Source: Bugula neritina (Eukaryota > Animalia > Bryozoa). Taken from it: a stretch of 64,000 bases of DNA. Of the stretch, positions 39,601 through 53,603 are shown piece after piece (positions within the stretch are counted from its first letter, which is position 1; every line of letters begins with the position of its first letter). The stretch spans positions 2,232,001-2,296,000 of the forward strand of contig OZ037765.1 in the NCBI GenBank assembly GCA_964035545.1, given 5' to 3'. The notes below the pieces were generated by a model. It did no database searches and was not told the DNA's origin. It was given only the letters and a program-made list of their open reading frames with translations. The position numbers and the translations under genes were made by a program.

Positions 39601-39806
39601 CACGACGCAATGTCACGTACTCCGTGAAGCCCAACACATGTAAAGAAAACAAAGCCTTCCTTGGAAGACCGAGTGGCGAGCGAAATGCTAGTTTTGGAGC
39701 TCAAAAGTTCTGTGATCTGAGCGTGATTGACACATTAGATTATGTTAGGGATGACACGCTCTTCATTAAAGTGAATATCGACATGGAAGATATGCCTGCA
39801 TTGTAA
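33680..39806 (+). CDS. TRAF4: TNF receptor-associated factor, TRAF4-like (RING, TRAF zinc fingers, MATH domain), 7 exons
   Basis: Exons 33680-33909, 34663-34711, 35827-35931, 36553-36792, 38228-38444, 38649-38843, 39478-39806 are phase-consistent; RING CPIC...CGHRCCSSC...CPID; MATH LIWKI, FSPPF, GEYDALLLWPF, DDTLFIKV. TRAF family is certain, subfamily is by recalled similarity. Confidence 0.88.
33945..34020 (+). mobile_element. tRNA-derived SINE family A, best-preserved copy, in TRAF intron 1
   Basis: A-box TGGTGTAATGG, B-box GGTTCGAATC; acceptor and anticodon stems pair poorly; dispersed homologs. Confidence 0.7.
34730..34870. repeat. Degenerate 13-bp minisatellite (ACTGCTACTATTA)
   Basis: Directly visible in TRAF intron 2. 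Confidence 0.7.
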
Positions 39807-41208
39807 TTGTTATATGATATATGTTTGGTGTTCATTAATGAGCTTACTTGAAGGTTTTATTGGAAAATTTTCTGCTATATTCTAAATTTAAAATATTTAA
39901 TGAATAATTATCGTGATTCCCTTAAAAACTTTGTGTCTGAGCTATTAAAATGATATTTTATCTAAATCAGAAGAGTTCTATCAATAATTAGGTTTACATT
40001 ATTATTTTATTACATCTTGTACTTATAATTGACTTTTCCTTCATAAATAGAACAAATATTACAATTTTGTAGTAAAATTGATCTAAAACTACTGTTGTTA
40101 TGAAATGCTTTCTCTTTATTAAACTGATTGACTTCAAATTTTAATAAAACTTTTGTAAAATTATTTATACTACAAAATAAATATATTTTTCTATTAACAT
40201 CACTTGGAGTAGTCTTCTCACATTGGCGTTGTTATCAATAACACAGTGCAATTTAGAATAAGGACAAGATATATTTAGTTGTGAATATTTATTAACAATG
40301 AGTTTCAGTACAGTATTTCTAGAAATATAATTATGCAAGTGCAGACATATTGGTGTACATCTAGTTACCACAAAATATTATTCTATCTAAAAATATTTTC
40401 ACAAAAGTGATGCATTGAAAGTGCATTATAACTTCCACAGAAAGATACTACATAAAGGTGCGAGAGAATAATTCTCAATAATCAGACGGTCAGACAAAAG
40501 AGAACACAACTCTGAGATGTATATAATAATTAGTGGCAATTAGGACAAAACTTGGGATTTGCTGTTATAAGCTGGCAAACACACAATGAGAACTAAATAT
40601 GTAAAACATAGAATTTTTACATTTGTCAGAGTTTTTGGCTGAAAGAAATTATCCGCAAGTTATACAATCCGTCTAAGTGCCTGTGATTAAGATACAGTAA
40701 TTACGGTGGACAAAAAACGTATTAATAACATTTACCACTACAAAAATATATCGAGTATTTATATATTACATGAAACCCATTATGCGTAATTGCCTGTCCA
40801 TAAGTAGCACTTCGTGGAAATAGTAAACTCTGCCAAGCTTTCTTGGATAGGAGCCAAATTTTATTAGTGTAACAAGTTGGCACAATGCCAACATTTAGCA
40901 CAATACTGGCAGTTGAAACAAAGTTAAATAAATTAAGAAGCAGAATGCACCATCATATTAAATCAGCAATTGGTACTGGAAGAGGCGGCATAATTGTATA
41001 AACTTATTTTTAGTAAACTCGAGAGTCAATAGTTTGCAATTTTTTCTTTCTCAACATTTTTACTTGATTTGAAGTTGTCTCCCCTTAAAACATTCGTGTC
41101 TATTCCTGTAAACTTTTTCGCAAAGACAGAGCAATAAATACGAACTCTAATACAAAAATAAATACATTAACTTACTGCACAAAGTAAACCTAAATTGGGA
41201 TGAGATTT

Positions 41209-43386
41209 TTAATAACTTTCTTCAGATGTTGTGGCAAATTCGGATAATCGGAGTGATTGCTCCACGACGCCATCAACTTGGCTGTCAACAACCGACAGCG
41301 CTATGAGCATCTGGGCAGCGTAGTAGGTAGACATGATGATAGTGTGACTGTAGGGCACAGGGTGGGTGAACTTGTTGACAGCAATAGTGAAGTCACTGAT
41401 GCAGAAGAGAAGGGCACCTGCGCAGCTGCTCTGCTTTGTCCATCTAGACAACTTGCCCACTCGGGCACCTGCTCTCCATGCCATCAGGAATATGAGGGAG
41501 ATGTAGAGTGGCACAAGCACATGCAGGATGCCTGCAAATGTCAATCATGCTCAGTTGACACATAGGAAAGGAAAACTGCATGGGTGTGTCGAAATTCAGA
41601 GCAAAGTGAATTTATATTCTCTCTCATAGCTGAAAGGGTTAACTAATTCCATTACTAATTAATAAGGTTTAGTAGTGTTGGCCCTTTGGGCTTAGGATAC
41701 ACAATGTATGTAACGCATATAATCATTGAGATCTCATGGCCAATAAACCTGAGACCCTAGTGTTAGGGTTCATCGAAACAGAGAAAATGTCTCACCTTGT
41801 AGCCCGGGTGCAATGTAGGCGTAGGCGAGACATCCAGCTACCAGCCCTATCAACAGTTTAGTGTAGTCTCTTGGAGTGAAACCAAAAGCCATTGTGTAGC
41901 AGATGTGACCAATAGCAAAAGAGAGGAGACCAATCTCAAAGTGTCCAAATACTGCAAATATATTACATAGGTATCAGTAGGATACCCCTTTTAGTATGGA
42001 TTGGGAAGAATACCTTGTTTACATGCTAAAGGGTATAAATAAAATAGCATAGTAATTTATCATGCAGGCATTTGAGTGGTATAATAGCATACACACACTG
42101 GTACACAATGACATAATAATTACACACACAAGGACATAGTAGTATTGTCTTTTATATTATTAGAGGATATTGCGTAAAGTTGAAACATTAAAAACAGTAG
42201 AACACTTGACACAGAGGTGCAGGTACCCCTAGTGACAAGTGCCCCAGTGACAGGTGCCCCTAGTGATAGGCACCCAATGGCAGGTACCCCAGTGACAGGT
42301 GCCCCTATTGGCAGGTACATCATTGGCAGGTATACCAGGAGCAAGTACACAGTGTGAGGCAACTGATAATGACTCATCACAAGCGCTGCTAAAATGTATT
42401 GCTATATCAACAGGAAACAAAGAAATCACTGAACTTTGACCAGTGAGCTTAATGTAAACAGCTGTTCTATTGTACTATTTAACTAGTACATGCTTGTGGT
42501 GAACTCATCCTATCAGTTGAAGAATGTCATTATCATCAAGTGTGTTGAACTTAGAACTGTAGAAGTGGGCTTGTTACAATGTCACATGTCATGAGAGAAA
42601 AACCCCAGGCGGCCTAAGTTCCAACTCCGACGTGTAAGCCAATTATTTTATGTTAGTCTTAAACAGGATTCTAACATTATATGCTTCTCAAGGGAAAACC
42701 TGGCAATTAACTTTGCCAAATTTCATTGCAAATACAAGATTTCCAAGGAGCCTTAAACAAGAGCTAATAAGATTATGATTCTTATAGTAGTAGAGTAACA
42801 ACTGTAGGGTAATTAATATGATTACAACTAACCTAGCAATGCATCGCCAATAACTGAGAATATTAGGCCGGCAAATATTTTGCGTGTGTAGGCGTACGCC
42901 TCCGTCATGTTCACCCCGTCGAGCAATACGAAATAAATAAGCATCAAAATAGGCAGACATTTCATCATGCAGCAGAAGAAGGTGTTTGAACTCGTCTCTC
43001 CAAACAACACAAAGAAAACAGCCACTGTCTTGAAGAATGGAACCAGTTTCGGGCCCACACTTTTCAGCTAATAGAAAATAAAACAGATGATAATTAAAAG
43101 ACAATTTGATTAAACATATTCAAACAAATATAAAGCACTAAAACTATATGAAACCATGAACAGACATTTGAAAACATAAAATATATTTCTTGAAATTATA
43201 ACTTTCCTGAACTATCAGTGCTGTGTAATAACACCAATACACAGGTCTAATACAGACATATAGTTAGATATGATTTGTACTTACAACTCTTTTCTGCTCC
43301 TCAAACAACTCAGATTTCATGTAGGCAGCAAGCATTTTCGACATCTTGGCAGCAGTCTTTAAAATTCTCTTCCTAAAGTTCAACAT
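41209..43386 (-). CDS. TMEM86A: Lysoplasmalogenase-like protein (YhhN family), 4 coding exons
   Basis: Exons 43386-43285, 43067-42833, 41951-41796, 41531-41209; KSVGPKLVPFFK, KCLP, GLIFSVIGDALL, FAIGHICY, GALLFCISDFTIAVNKF, IMSTYYAAQMLIALS; exact start ATG uncertain. Confidence 0.9.
42218..42338. repeat. ~15-bp minisatellite (GTGACAGGTGCCCCA) in a TMEM86A intron
   Basis: About 8 imperfect tandem units. Confidence 0.85.
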
Positions 43387-43747
43387 AGACCTATCAGTAA
43401 CTGTGCCTGTTTGTATAGTTGGTAGTAGTATATAAGGCTATCACTGTGACTATTATTGATGCTGTAGTAAAAGTACTTCAAATTCAAAATGTTCAACTAT
43501 TATTCAATATCAACGAAAGACAATTAATGTTATCATTCCTTTTTTTCTAAACATTAAACTTAATGTTATAACTATGAGCACTACATAAGCCTACCTTAAG
43601 TAAAGTCAGCTTCAAAACAGCAGAATGAAAGTTCTATTATTGCAAATATTTATTCATATTGGCCTTATCATAACTAAAAAATAGTATTATATATTAATAT
43701 ATGTAGTTTAACGAATTTGATAATATCGTTAATATACTATTGCTAAT

Positions 43748-44879
43748 CAGGGTTGGGGTCAATTACATGTAAATGTAATTAATTACAATTACAATTACAT
43801 GAAGATTTGTCAATTACAATTATAATTACAGTTAAAAGGTAATGTAATTAATTACAATTACAATTACATGGTAATGTAATTAATTACAATTACAATTACT
43901 TTTGTTTTCACAAGGGATAACTAGAAGTTATACAATGTCATTTCTAGGGTCCAACTACCAGGGGCAATGTTGACAGTGGTGAACCTCCTTTGCTCCCAAT
44001 AGTGACACTATAGGGTCAATCCATGCCAAATCAACCAAATTTTAAGGGGTCCCACGCCTTTGCTTCTCAGATTTTGCTTATATTTAAACTTGTCCGGTGT
44101 ACTATTCGTGAATATTTCTGACATGACACAAAAACTTTTTGAGAAATGACTACATTTGTGAACAAAGGTTGGGAAAACTTTTGAGGAAAATTTGTGATTT
44201 CTACTCTTAAAAATTGATGTGGGGGATATTTAAAAAATTTTCAAAATTCACAAAAATCTGCCCATATTCGATGGTTTAGCATATATGCACACAAATTGTT
44301 CTGTAGTATGTGTTGCTACTAGTGCAAGTTGATAGGTATTATCAAATTGCACAACAAATTCTAAGACTTAGTCTAGAAAAATGGTTGAGATATAGACATT
44401 TATAAATTGCTCTAAAAGTAGAAATCACCAATTTTCCTTAAAGCTTTTCCCAACCTTTGTTCACAAACGTAGTCATTTCTCAAAAAGTTTTCTGTCAGGC
44501 CAAAAATATTTAAGAAGAGTACTCAGGACATATGTAGGTCTATTTGGTGTAAATATGAACAAACTCTGAGACACAAAAGCACCGGCCATGTGGTGAGTTA
44601 GCATGGAATGACCTTATACTATATTGACTTAATCTGAACTTGTTATTTAACAGTAGATATGGTAGGAAAAGAATGATTTTTCAAGATTTAAAAGTTTGAA
44701 GTAATTGACATGTAATTATAAAGTAATTGTAAAATTCAATTACATTAGCAATGTAATTAATTACAATTACAATTACAATTACATTTTTATACATCAATTA
44801 CAAATTACATTCAATTACTTGAAAAAATGTAATTAATTACAACCAATTACAATTACAAATTACAATTACCCCAACCCTG
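43748..44879. mobile_element. hAT-type MITE with AATTAC subterminal repeats
   Basis: TIR CAGGGTTGGGGT / ACCCCAACCCTG; exact 8-bp TSD TTGCTAAT (43740-43747, 44880-44887). Confidence 0.9.
44013..44614. mobile_element. Long-TIR MITE nested in the hAT element (superfamily uncertain, possibly Sola)
   Basis: GGGTCAATCCATGC... / ...GCATGGAATGACCT, ~200-bp imperfect inverted arms, TATA on both sides. Confidence 0.8.
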
Positions 44880-46416
44880 TTGCTAATATTAGTTGAATCA
44901 AAGCAAATATTTATATCAACCCATTTAATTAAAAAAGGAAACTATATCATCTATGATCCATCAGTATCTTATCTATAGAAAGTATTTATGTTATTGGCTT
45001 TAGCCTTTAACTTTAAGTCTAAGTAGAAGCCTAACAAAAGAAAAAAAGGTCAAAAAGATAAAATTTAAAGATCAACGCAAATGGTTGATCAACTGAAAAT
45101 AATCAAACTGAAAGTATGAGAACTTTAAACAAACAAAGTCAAAATTGAAAGTGAATGTGATGATCATGACCATCATGATCATGATGATATTGATGGAATT
45201 TGATAAGCCACGAGGCACCATGACCATGAATTTCTTGTTACTTTCACTTTGACTTTGCCTGAACTTAGTGTTTATTCTTAATCTTTTTCATATCAAATTT
45301 AAAATTAAAATTCAAAAACCAACAATTTTATTGAAAAAATAAAAAAAATTAAAATCGACAGATCTAGATTGAGTTTCAATTTGGCCCATGACTGAGATTC
45401 AAAGTCAAAGTGAAAGTAATTTAGTAATTGTATAACACCAAATTAAATAAAAGTCAAAAGGAGTTAAAAAATAGTCAAGGTTTAATTTATCTTGTGATTG
45501 AGTAAAGCTACAATTTCCATCATCATATTGAAATGTTTACTTACCTTAATTATAAAGCTATATTCAGCTTCTGAGATTCAAAACTAAAAGCTGTTGATTC
45601 GAAACGCCACGCTCACAAAATTACAACACGAAATGAGCGTTTTGATTGTTTACATTTTGGTAATCACGTGCTAAGGCATGTGATTAGACTAACGTTACTC
45701 CCTCAACCAATATAATATTTCAATATGATCAACTTTTCTGGCTACACGATTTCTGCTTGAACTCATAATCAGCCAATGCAATAAAAGATAAAAAGAGAAG
45801 ACAACTCTAAATACAAGTTTTCAGTTTCTTCATTACTACTTTTATAAATATTGAACTTCAACAGCTAAAGTATCATTATTTCATTTTATACAATTTCATT
45901 TAGCAGCGGTTGTGATTTGTTTATAATATATGCATTCATAAATTTCACTTTGCAATTTAGCTAAAATAATATTTTCTCTAAAATTGCTTGTAATGGTTTT
46001 TCAGTGAAAATAACGTCAATAAAATATTATTAGGAATTTTTTAGCAAGTTGTTCATTACATGTATCACAACCAAGCAGTTCTTTAGGACAATAGGTTGAA
46101 ATGAGTATATAAAGCTTGTTTTTTTCAACAAATTTTATTTTCGCTTTTATTGACTTTGACCAATTGCAATGACCAGAACCAAATACAGTGTACATGTTTT
46201 GTTGTATTTCACTAGATATAGTACAAATCTCACATATATAGTGCCATATATATGATACATATATTATAATTATTCAAATAAATTGGCACAGCTAAATAGA
46301 CCAAACAAAAAAGCAATGCAGCACTAGACAGTTTGTAACCACCATTTCTACTAAAACCTGTTTCTACCCTCCAACTAGCTTACAAGCAGATATTAAAAGC
46401 TAAGCTGTGCTATTTG

Positions 46417-46671
46417 CTACAAGTCAGCCATCCCGTGCATTCTGTCAAAAGAGTGTTCAGGTTTGAAGGGACCCTCCATGAGACCGGACCAGGACACGAT
46501 GGGAGCCAGGATGCCCCAGAGCCGCCGCAGAAGATCTCCGTGGACCAGAACAGACCAGATGAATAAAATCCAGAGAAGTGCCTTGACATTGCTGGGTACC
46601 TTCTTGTGGACAATGTTCCAGTAGGTTCTACGGTACTCCTTGTCGTCTTTCTTGTTTTGAAATATAGCCAT
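46417..46671 (-). CDS. Uncharacterised 84-aa single-pass membrane peptide
   Basis: Kozak accATGG, GC-rich island in AT-rich DNA, hydrophobic ALLWILFIWSVLV, upstream AG acceptor and candidate UTR donor at ~47151. Confidence 0.65.
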   Translation of the reverse strand: MAIFQNKKDDKEYRRTYWNIVHKKVPSNVKALLWILFIWSVLVHGDLLRRLWGILAPIVSWSGLMEGPFKPEHSFDRMHGMADL

Positions 46672-47574
46672 GGTGAACAGAACTTGGCTTGTATTATGTA
46701 TGCTAGAAGAAAATTTGCATGCATATAATGACGTACTTGTATTGTTTTATTTATTATTTAAAAAGTGACAATAAAGCAAAACATTTTAGCAATTATTTGT
46801 TAGAATCAATAGTTGTTTTAACAAAAATAAAAAAATCATTTTGTATGAATAAGAGCATCATTATACATGCTAAAATAATTTAAAATTTATTTAGCTCGAT
46901 AATAGAAATTATGATCATAAATATTGATTATAATACATTTATTTTCACATGTATGCAGTTTATAATATAATATAATGGAAATATTATAATCACATTACCA
47001 CAATGCATAATATTTATTAATTATAACAACTTAGTAATTTTATTGGCCCAGCCATAGCTGATATAAACAAACACAAAACATTTTAAACATATATATAGTA
47101 AATTTATGAGATGAAATGTTTTTAAAAGTTTTGAAACCAATTTTTACTTACCGAGTCTTGGGCCAGCCCAACTTTATACAGCTAGCTTAGCTCTTGCATA
47201 GAAATATGCTAAGAATTAATAATTCAAATACATATCATTGCTGAAGAACTTATAATGTTATTATGTTGTAAAATAGTAGTTGGCTATTAAATTGTATTAG
47301 ATTTTCATTAGAATTGTTACATGAGGCTTATTTTAAATTTAATAGAAATGTATACATAAAGCTGTTTGTCAACTTTTACCTTTTTCCGCTATATCCTGAT
47401 CGGCTGGCTGTATTATGATAAAATTATATATTTCTGAATATTCTGCTGTATAAATTACATAAAGTTGCTACAATTTGAGAATAAAATAATAACATCGTAC
47501 ACAATTCACATTTGCTTAAGTCACAATACCTGTGAAAACCCCTAAAAGGAAAAGGTGTTTTTTAAATTGAGCTA

Positions 47575-47720
47575 AACTTTGCTTGCTATTGTGGCACAGG
47601 AGCAATTATGACTGAATGCCCTTCCTAACATCACCAATGACCTTTGCTTGGTTTTGAACTCATGACCTTGTGCTTACTAAGCCAGTGCTCTAACCCCTAG
47701 CTAGACCATGCACTGCTGCT
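47575..47720 (-). mobile_element. tRNA-derived SINE family B
   Basis: Reverse complement: GGTTAGAGCACTGGCTTAGTAAGC...GAGTTCAAAACC...GGTGATGTTAGGAAGGGCATTCAGTCATAATTGCTCC; homologs at 56975-57295. Confidence 0.65.
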
Positions 47721-48121
47721 CTTTACACTACTAACAATGCATATTATAATACAGATATTGTGATATATTATGATATTATTTTATAATAGGATATTATGAT
47801 CATAAAAATAAGAACTAAAGCTGAAAGGAATAACTGCACATTCGTGTATTTTGGCTCAAGCATTTCGAATTATACCACTAATAAATAATCTATACAAATT
47901 AAGTTACCTATAGTGTGTATTATATTATATGTAAACAATGTTTACTCTTCAGTCTATGCATGAGGGATTTTAGCATGCCTAATGTAATAAAATAATGTAC
48001 AATCCCACTTGTGATAAATATATCACATGTATCTATAATAACACAGATTTGAGACATACAGGGTGCATGTGCTCCATTGTAACTGAGTGTAATATTACCA
48101 ACTCTAGTAATTTCCTTAGCT

Positions 48122-49235
48122 ATGGATAGCTCACTAGTAATATTGTCAGGTATATATGAGTTGTATATAACAATTATTATATATATACTTGTAGGTTACT
48201 ACTTTTTCATAAATTATTCAGCAATACATATAATTATTGGATAATGATGTTATATATATATTATTGGATACTTTAATTACATGTATAGTGTCAAGTTGCA
48301 TATTATTATATGTCTGAATAAAACTGCATATTGACATGTTTTAAATTGCTCAAAGTATTGTAGACAGACTTTTATAACTGATACTTCATAAACTTTTTTT
48401 TTGCATATCTAATTTTGCACTTACATAATAATTATGCATTAAAAGTAAATCATTTAGATATTGTATTCAAGGGGGTGTACATTAGCATAACACTATAATT
48501 ACCCAACATAATGTAAAAGTTTAATAAAACTATCCAAGTTTTGAAAATGAACATTCTACTCCAAAGCTTAGTTACAAAAAAATTAGACGAGCGAAAAATC
48601 TTTCATTTCCACTTGCTTTGTGACTTCCACACCTACTACATTTGTTTGTGTAGCTGTGATACTTCTCCAAATCCCAGCCTCAGCACCATCTACACTACCC
48701 ACTGATACTCTAGTCTGTGCCCACAATCTACAAAAGCAAACTCCTTTAGAGGTGCTTCAGGTGACAGCCCAACTTGCGAACGGAACGTCTGTAGAATCTC
48801 AGTTTATGTTGCAGGTAAACATGACATTGTGCTTTAATTAGCCCTACTTCCTGTGACTACTGAGACTACAATGCAACTGTCTATTGCCACTATCATATAC
48901 ATAAGCTTTGTATTACGATGGAAATATATTTTATTATTAAATTCTATTTTTAGTATCTGTTGCTGTTGGAGCCATATACAGCCTACCTCATGATACTCCA
49001 CTACTCACAGCAAAATACTACACAAACATATCTCAAAGTTTTCAACAACTATTGTCATCAAAGGTGAGAATGTGAAGGGTTTTAAAGTGTTTTACTACTA
49101 ACAATGACTCCACAGATTAGTGATTCAGTCTTATTAGCTATGAGCAATATGTAATCTTGACAGATTAGAAAATGCTTCTAACACACGCACAAGCACACAC
49201 GCACTTACACACACACTCACACACACACTCACACA

Positions 49236-49327
<92 letters not shown>

Positions 49328-52300
49328 ACACCACACGCAAACAGTCAATCATACTCAATTAAAGGAATTAAAGGAAAATATGTAAACCTATATTAAAGCT
49401 GCAAAAATTGCATATAATATATGCTTGGTTATTAGAAGCCAATATAGTTTTATGCTTCATTTCATACTGCCTATATAATATATTTTGACATATTATATTA
49501 TAACAGGCTCTCTTAAAAGCTTAGAACTTTCTAGTTGCTTTAATAAAGTAACTTATCGACAATGATCTCTACTTCTGTTCTAGCACTGGAATTCAAGTTT
49601 TTATCTCTTGTATGAAGACATCGAGCAGTTTTTCAGCAGAGCCCCTAAAAACCCTACCTCTCAGTCCAGAGAAATTGCTGAGTAACATACGCCGCAGGTA
49701 TTGCAAAGAGTCTGGAGGAGTGAAAGAGGAAGTTCTCGCAGGTATGGCAGTTGTCTTACCATGCCCTTTAAAAGATGGAAATACGGTACATTATATACTG
49801 TATAAAATTCTCTGTTCAACTCCATTAGAGTATTGCTTAATTAATTAGTACCTAAGCATTTCATTTGTAGCTTAAATTGAAATATTATGATGTTATTTGA
49901 TTTCAATTCATTGAAATCTGAAAGCTGTGTTGAATTTTCCACAATCGCATTAATTCTCATGACAACAATAAGGAAATAAATAAATAAAATGAAATAGTAA
50001 ATAAATATGTTTTTAGCATTGGCAAAAGGCGTTGAATCGACAGACATAGTAAATGTTATAAATGTGGTTGACACGAGTCGTAGCAACGAGACCTTCATCT
50101 GCAGTGACATGGTGGAGAGGTCATTCAAGGTCATAGGTAGTCTTCTTGGCTTTGAATCTGTTGACATGCAGGAGTTTATTCAACAAGTTAAACGGTATGT
50201 ATAATATGAACAGGAGACAAGTGGCTGTATCAATATATTTAATAGTTGTATTGGAGCAATGAATATAATTATCCTTTTTTTTGTTATATACTATATATAA
50301 GTTTTCATCAAAAATTCCTAAATAAGGATGGAGTATACATATATTTTCTACGTCCTTCAACCTTATATCTACAAAAATAAGTGTTTGTGAATTTCAGGTC
50401 AATAGAAGCGTTTAGCCGGTGTCTTATTGTAACAGTAAACTCAGATGAGAGTTCGTCAGTTTTGAAGGAGCACGTAGATATGGTGTTGTTGAAGCTCATA
50501 GACACAAACATAGCTGACATCACTAAACTGCAGGTAAATGGTAGATATGTTTTAATATGCTTAAAGTAGTCTGGTAAAATGTTGGATGATATATGTTGAA
50601 ACTCAAAATCTAGTTAAACCAATTTGCTTTGCACTCGTTCATGGGACATCTTATTGTATTATATTATAGTATATATTATTGATTTATATTATATAATAAT
50701 GCACTATAATATTATATACCCTACTACTGAGCTGCATTATATACTATCCACTATTTTATATACTGTACTCTCTACTGTTATACACTATACGCTATATTAT
50801 ATAATAAGCACTATAATATATTATATATACTATGCACTATATTATACACTATACGCTATATTATATAATAAGCACTATAATATATTATATATACTATGCA
50901 CTATATTATATAACTGAACAGATGAGTGAGTCAAGGCACACTCTATACGTTGCTGGTTACATGAATATTATGATAAGCAATGGGAATCCCACATACTGCT
51001 CTGAAACTGGGACTCATCTCCTCTTGTCACGTAGAAGAAGTTATGAGATATCTGGCACAATTCTATATGAGAAGATAGGAGATGCCTCCCTCCCTTATCT
51101 AGCAGCAGTGAGTTCATTAAACTGTACAGCAATTGGGACTCTTACTGTCCTTTGAAGAAGGTTTTGACTAAATTCCATTCCTTAGCTCAAAATACAGAAA
51201 GTTTTATGGAGTCATTTAAAGAAAGCATTTGTGATGCATGTGTATGTTGTATGTGTGATGTTAGGTGTGTGTGTGTGATGTTAGGTGTATGTGTGATGTT
51301 AGGTGTGTGCGTGTGCGTGTGCGTGTGTTGTATGTGTGATGTTAAGTGGGGGGGTGGAGTGTGCGTGGGGGGTGGAGTGTGTGTGGAGTGTGTGTGGAGT
51401 GTGCGTGCATGTGTGTGCGTGTGTGTGTGCGTGCGTGTGTGGGGGGGGTGTGTCATTGGCTCCAGACCTATTCACTGATGATGTCAGAAAGAGCATCCAA
51501 TCACATTGCTCCTAAGCCACAGCAAAAAGCTCTAAAATTATGCTGCCAGTCAGAAAAACAGTCTTTAGTAATCTTTGCCATCACACAGTGGAGACTTTGA
51601 ACTGAATGAGTTGTTCCTAAAAGTGTATATATTGCTACTTTCATAATATATAATTACAGATAGAAGTTCGGTTTCCAATCTACAGCAAGCAAGGGAGACG
51701 AGTAGGTTTAGTGTCGTATGGCACTACAATGGAAGAGGATGTACTGTACGCTGACTTAAGTTCTGTCTGGGTAAATGACTCGCTGACATTTGGGTCAGTG
51801 CAACCTAGATCTCATGGTAATCAACACCTTGTGTACACTACATGTCAAATCTGCAAGTGATATCTTAATATAGTTATATCTAATGCATGGAATCAGTAAA
51901 GGTGTCTCCTCTTGTGTTGTTAATATAATAATAATCTGTACAATATTCTATGTATGTTATTTAAATCTAGTATTGGTCTAACTGTAATATTTAAACGTTT
52001 CAATAATTAATTTAATTTATTTAGATTCAAGTTGGCAAAACCAAATAAAAATTTGTTTTTGTTCACTTGAAAAAATATAACAACTAAAATACAAATCTCT
52101 TTCATCAGTCCATATTAAACATGTTTTCATAGAATGAACTAAGACTCTAATAATTTCAGGGGTAACAGTCAAGCAGCTCTCACAAAACCTCATTGAACTC
52201 ACCAACACTGATTTAGAGTTATACATTTCTATCAGCAAAACAAGGTAAGTTTTTGGACTCAGCTAATTCTTGTTACATTTCACTGGTATAGAGTGTACGC

Positions 52301-53603
52301 TTGAACAAACAATTTCCTTTTTTGCTTTTATAACAATAGTAATATTGTAAAATCTTCTATATGTTTTATGCAAATATAATCATTTGGGCTTTGCATAAAT
52401 TTTGTTATATAAAATATACAAAAATTACATTACAATATTTCAACTTCATTCTAAAAACTATGAATACAACATCTAATAGCTTTCCACAGGAACTTATTTT
52501 ATGAATTTTCTGCAGAAAGATGCTGACATTATTAGTCAGAATAAACAGTCAGTACCTTTTCCAATCAGTTGGGTTGTTGGTGGAGCCATGTGAGAACTCT
52601 GGTCAAGTTTCAACCTACAGTAAGTCCTTAGTCTTTATAGAACATTCTAGACTTTTAAAATCTTTTTGCGGGTAAAATTTTTGTTTTTAAACTAATAAAC
52701 TTAATATTAGGACTATGTTTATTTTTCAACTAACTGCTATTGTGCTGAGATTTTGTGAACTTAAGAGGATCAAACTAAAACTCCCAAGTGAGAATACATT
52801 TCATAAAAATAGATATCAGCAGTCATTTCAACTGATAGAAATCTAGATTAACTTTATCTATAGTGTATCTCTATAATATTCTTGTACTAATGTTTCAGCT
52901 CAAACTCATCAGAAGAGTTCAACATGCAATGCCATATGTTCATCTCAGTCTGAAACTATGGGGCAGTTTTGTCAGAGAGATTGTTTAATATCAAATGACA
53001 CTGCCAGGGTAAATATGCTACACTAATTACTCATAGTATATGAAGTATGCATAAATCAAGCAGTGAAAACTATGATTACATTTTAGAGGTTTTCTCTTTA
53101 TACCATTGATAGAGGATTTCAGAATAATTTGCTGCCTTTTACGTATAAAAAATGTATGAACACAGAAAGAAATTCAATATAGAAGAGACATTACTCAGTC
53201 CATTTTAATGTCTTATATTGTAATCTCTGTAACATATATATTGCAAAGGTTAGAATCAGTAGTTCCAATAATATCTGCTGTATAACTACTTCGCATGCAG
53301 CTGCCAGCCATATACGGTGACCTACAAAAGATGATTGACACTGCATTGGCTGCTGATAGTCTGCTAGAACAAGCACCACCACACACTGACACAGGTCACA
53401 TGACAAGTACAGGAGCTGATAACTCTGGAATATCTACAACTACTGGATCTGGGCAGACAACTTCGTTTCAGACCACACGGAATGCAGATAATATGACAGG
53501 AGAAAATAGGCTGCAAATCAGATCTCCCGATGTAAAGAACAATTCAGCGAAAGTTAAATTTAGTTTTTTTGTTTTAATGATAATATGCAGCCTAGTCTGC
53601 TAA
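48122..53603 (+). CDS. Putative GPI-anchored cell-surface glycoprotein with a divergent VWD-like domain, 12 exons
   Basis: Open GT-AG path: 48122-48149, 48654-48814, 48954-49063, 49583-49741, 50018-50194, 50398-50533, 50922-51107, 51660-51816, 52160-52244, 52516-52619, 52899-53008, 53301-53603. Signal peptide MDSSLVILSAVILLQIPASA; CSETGTH...YEISG...Y and Y...SVGLL..C resemble the start and end of a VWD domain; S/T stalk; hydrophobic C-terminus with no tail. Confidence 0.65.
49181..49337. repeat. (CA)n microsatellite
   Basis: Directly visible, intronic. Confidence 0.98.
51239..51453. repeat. Compound (GT)n-rich microsatellite
   Basis: Directly visible, intronic. Confidence 0.95.

Noticed and set aside
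40115-40148. Opposed poly(A) signals implying overlapping TRAF and TMEM86A 3' ends
   Set aside because: AATAAA is expected by chance at this AT content; needs 3'-end data
48654-52244. In-frame TGA codons suggesting a selenoprotein or pseudogene
   Set aside because: A phase-consistent GT-AG path avoids all stops
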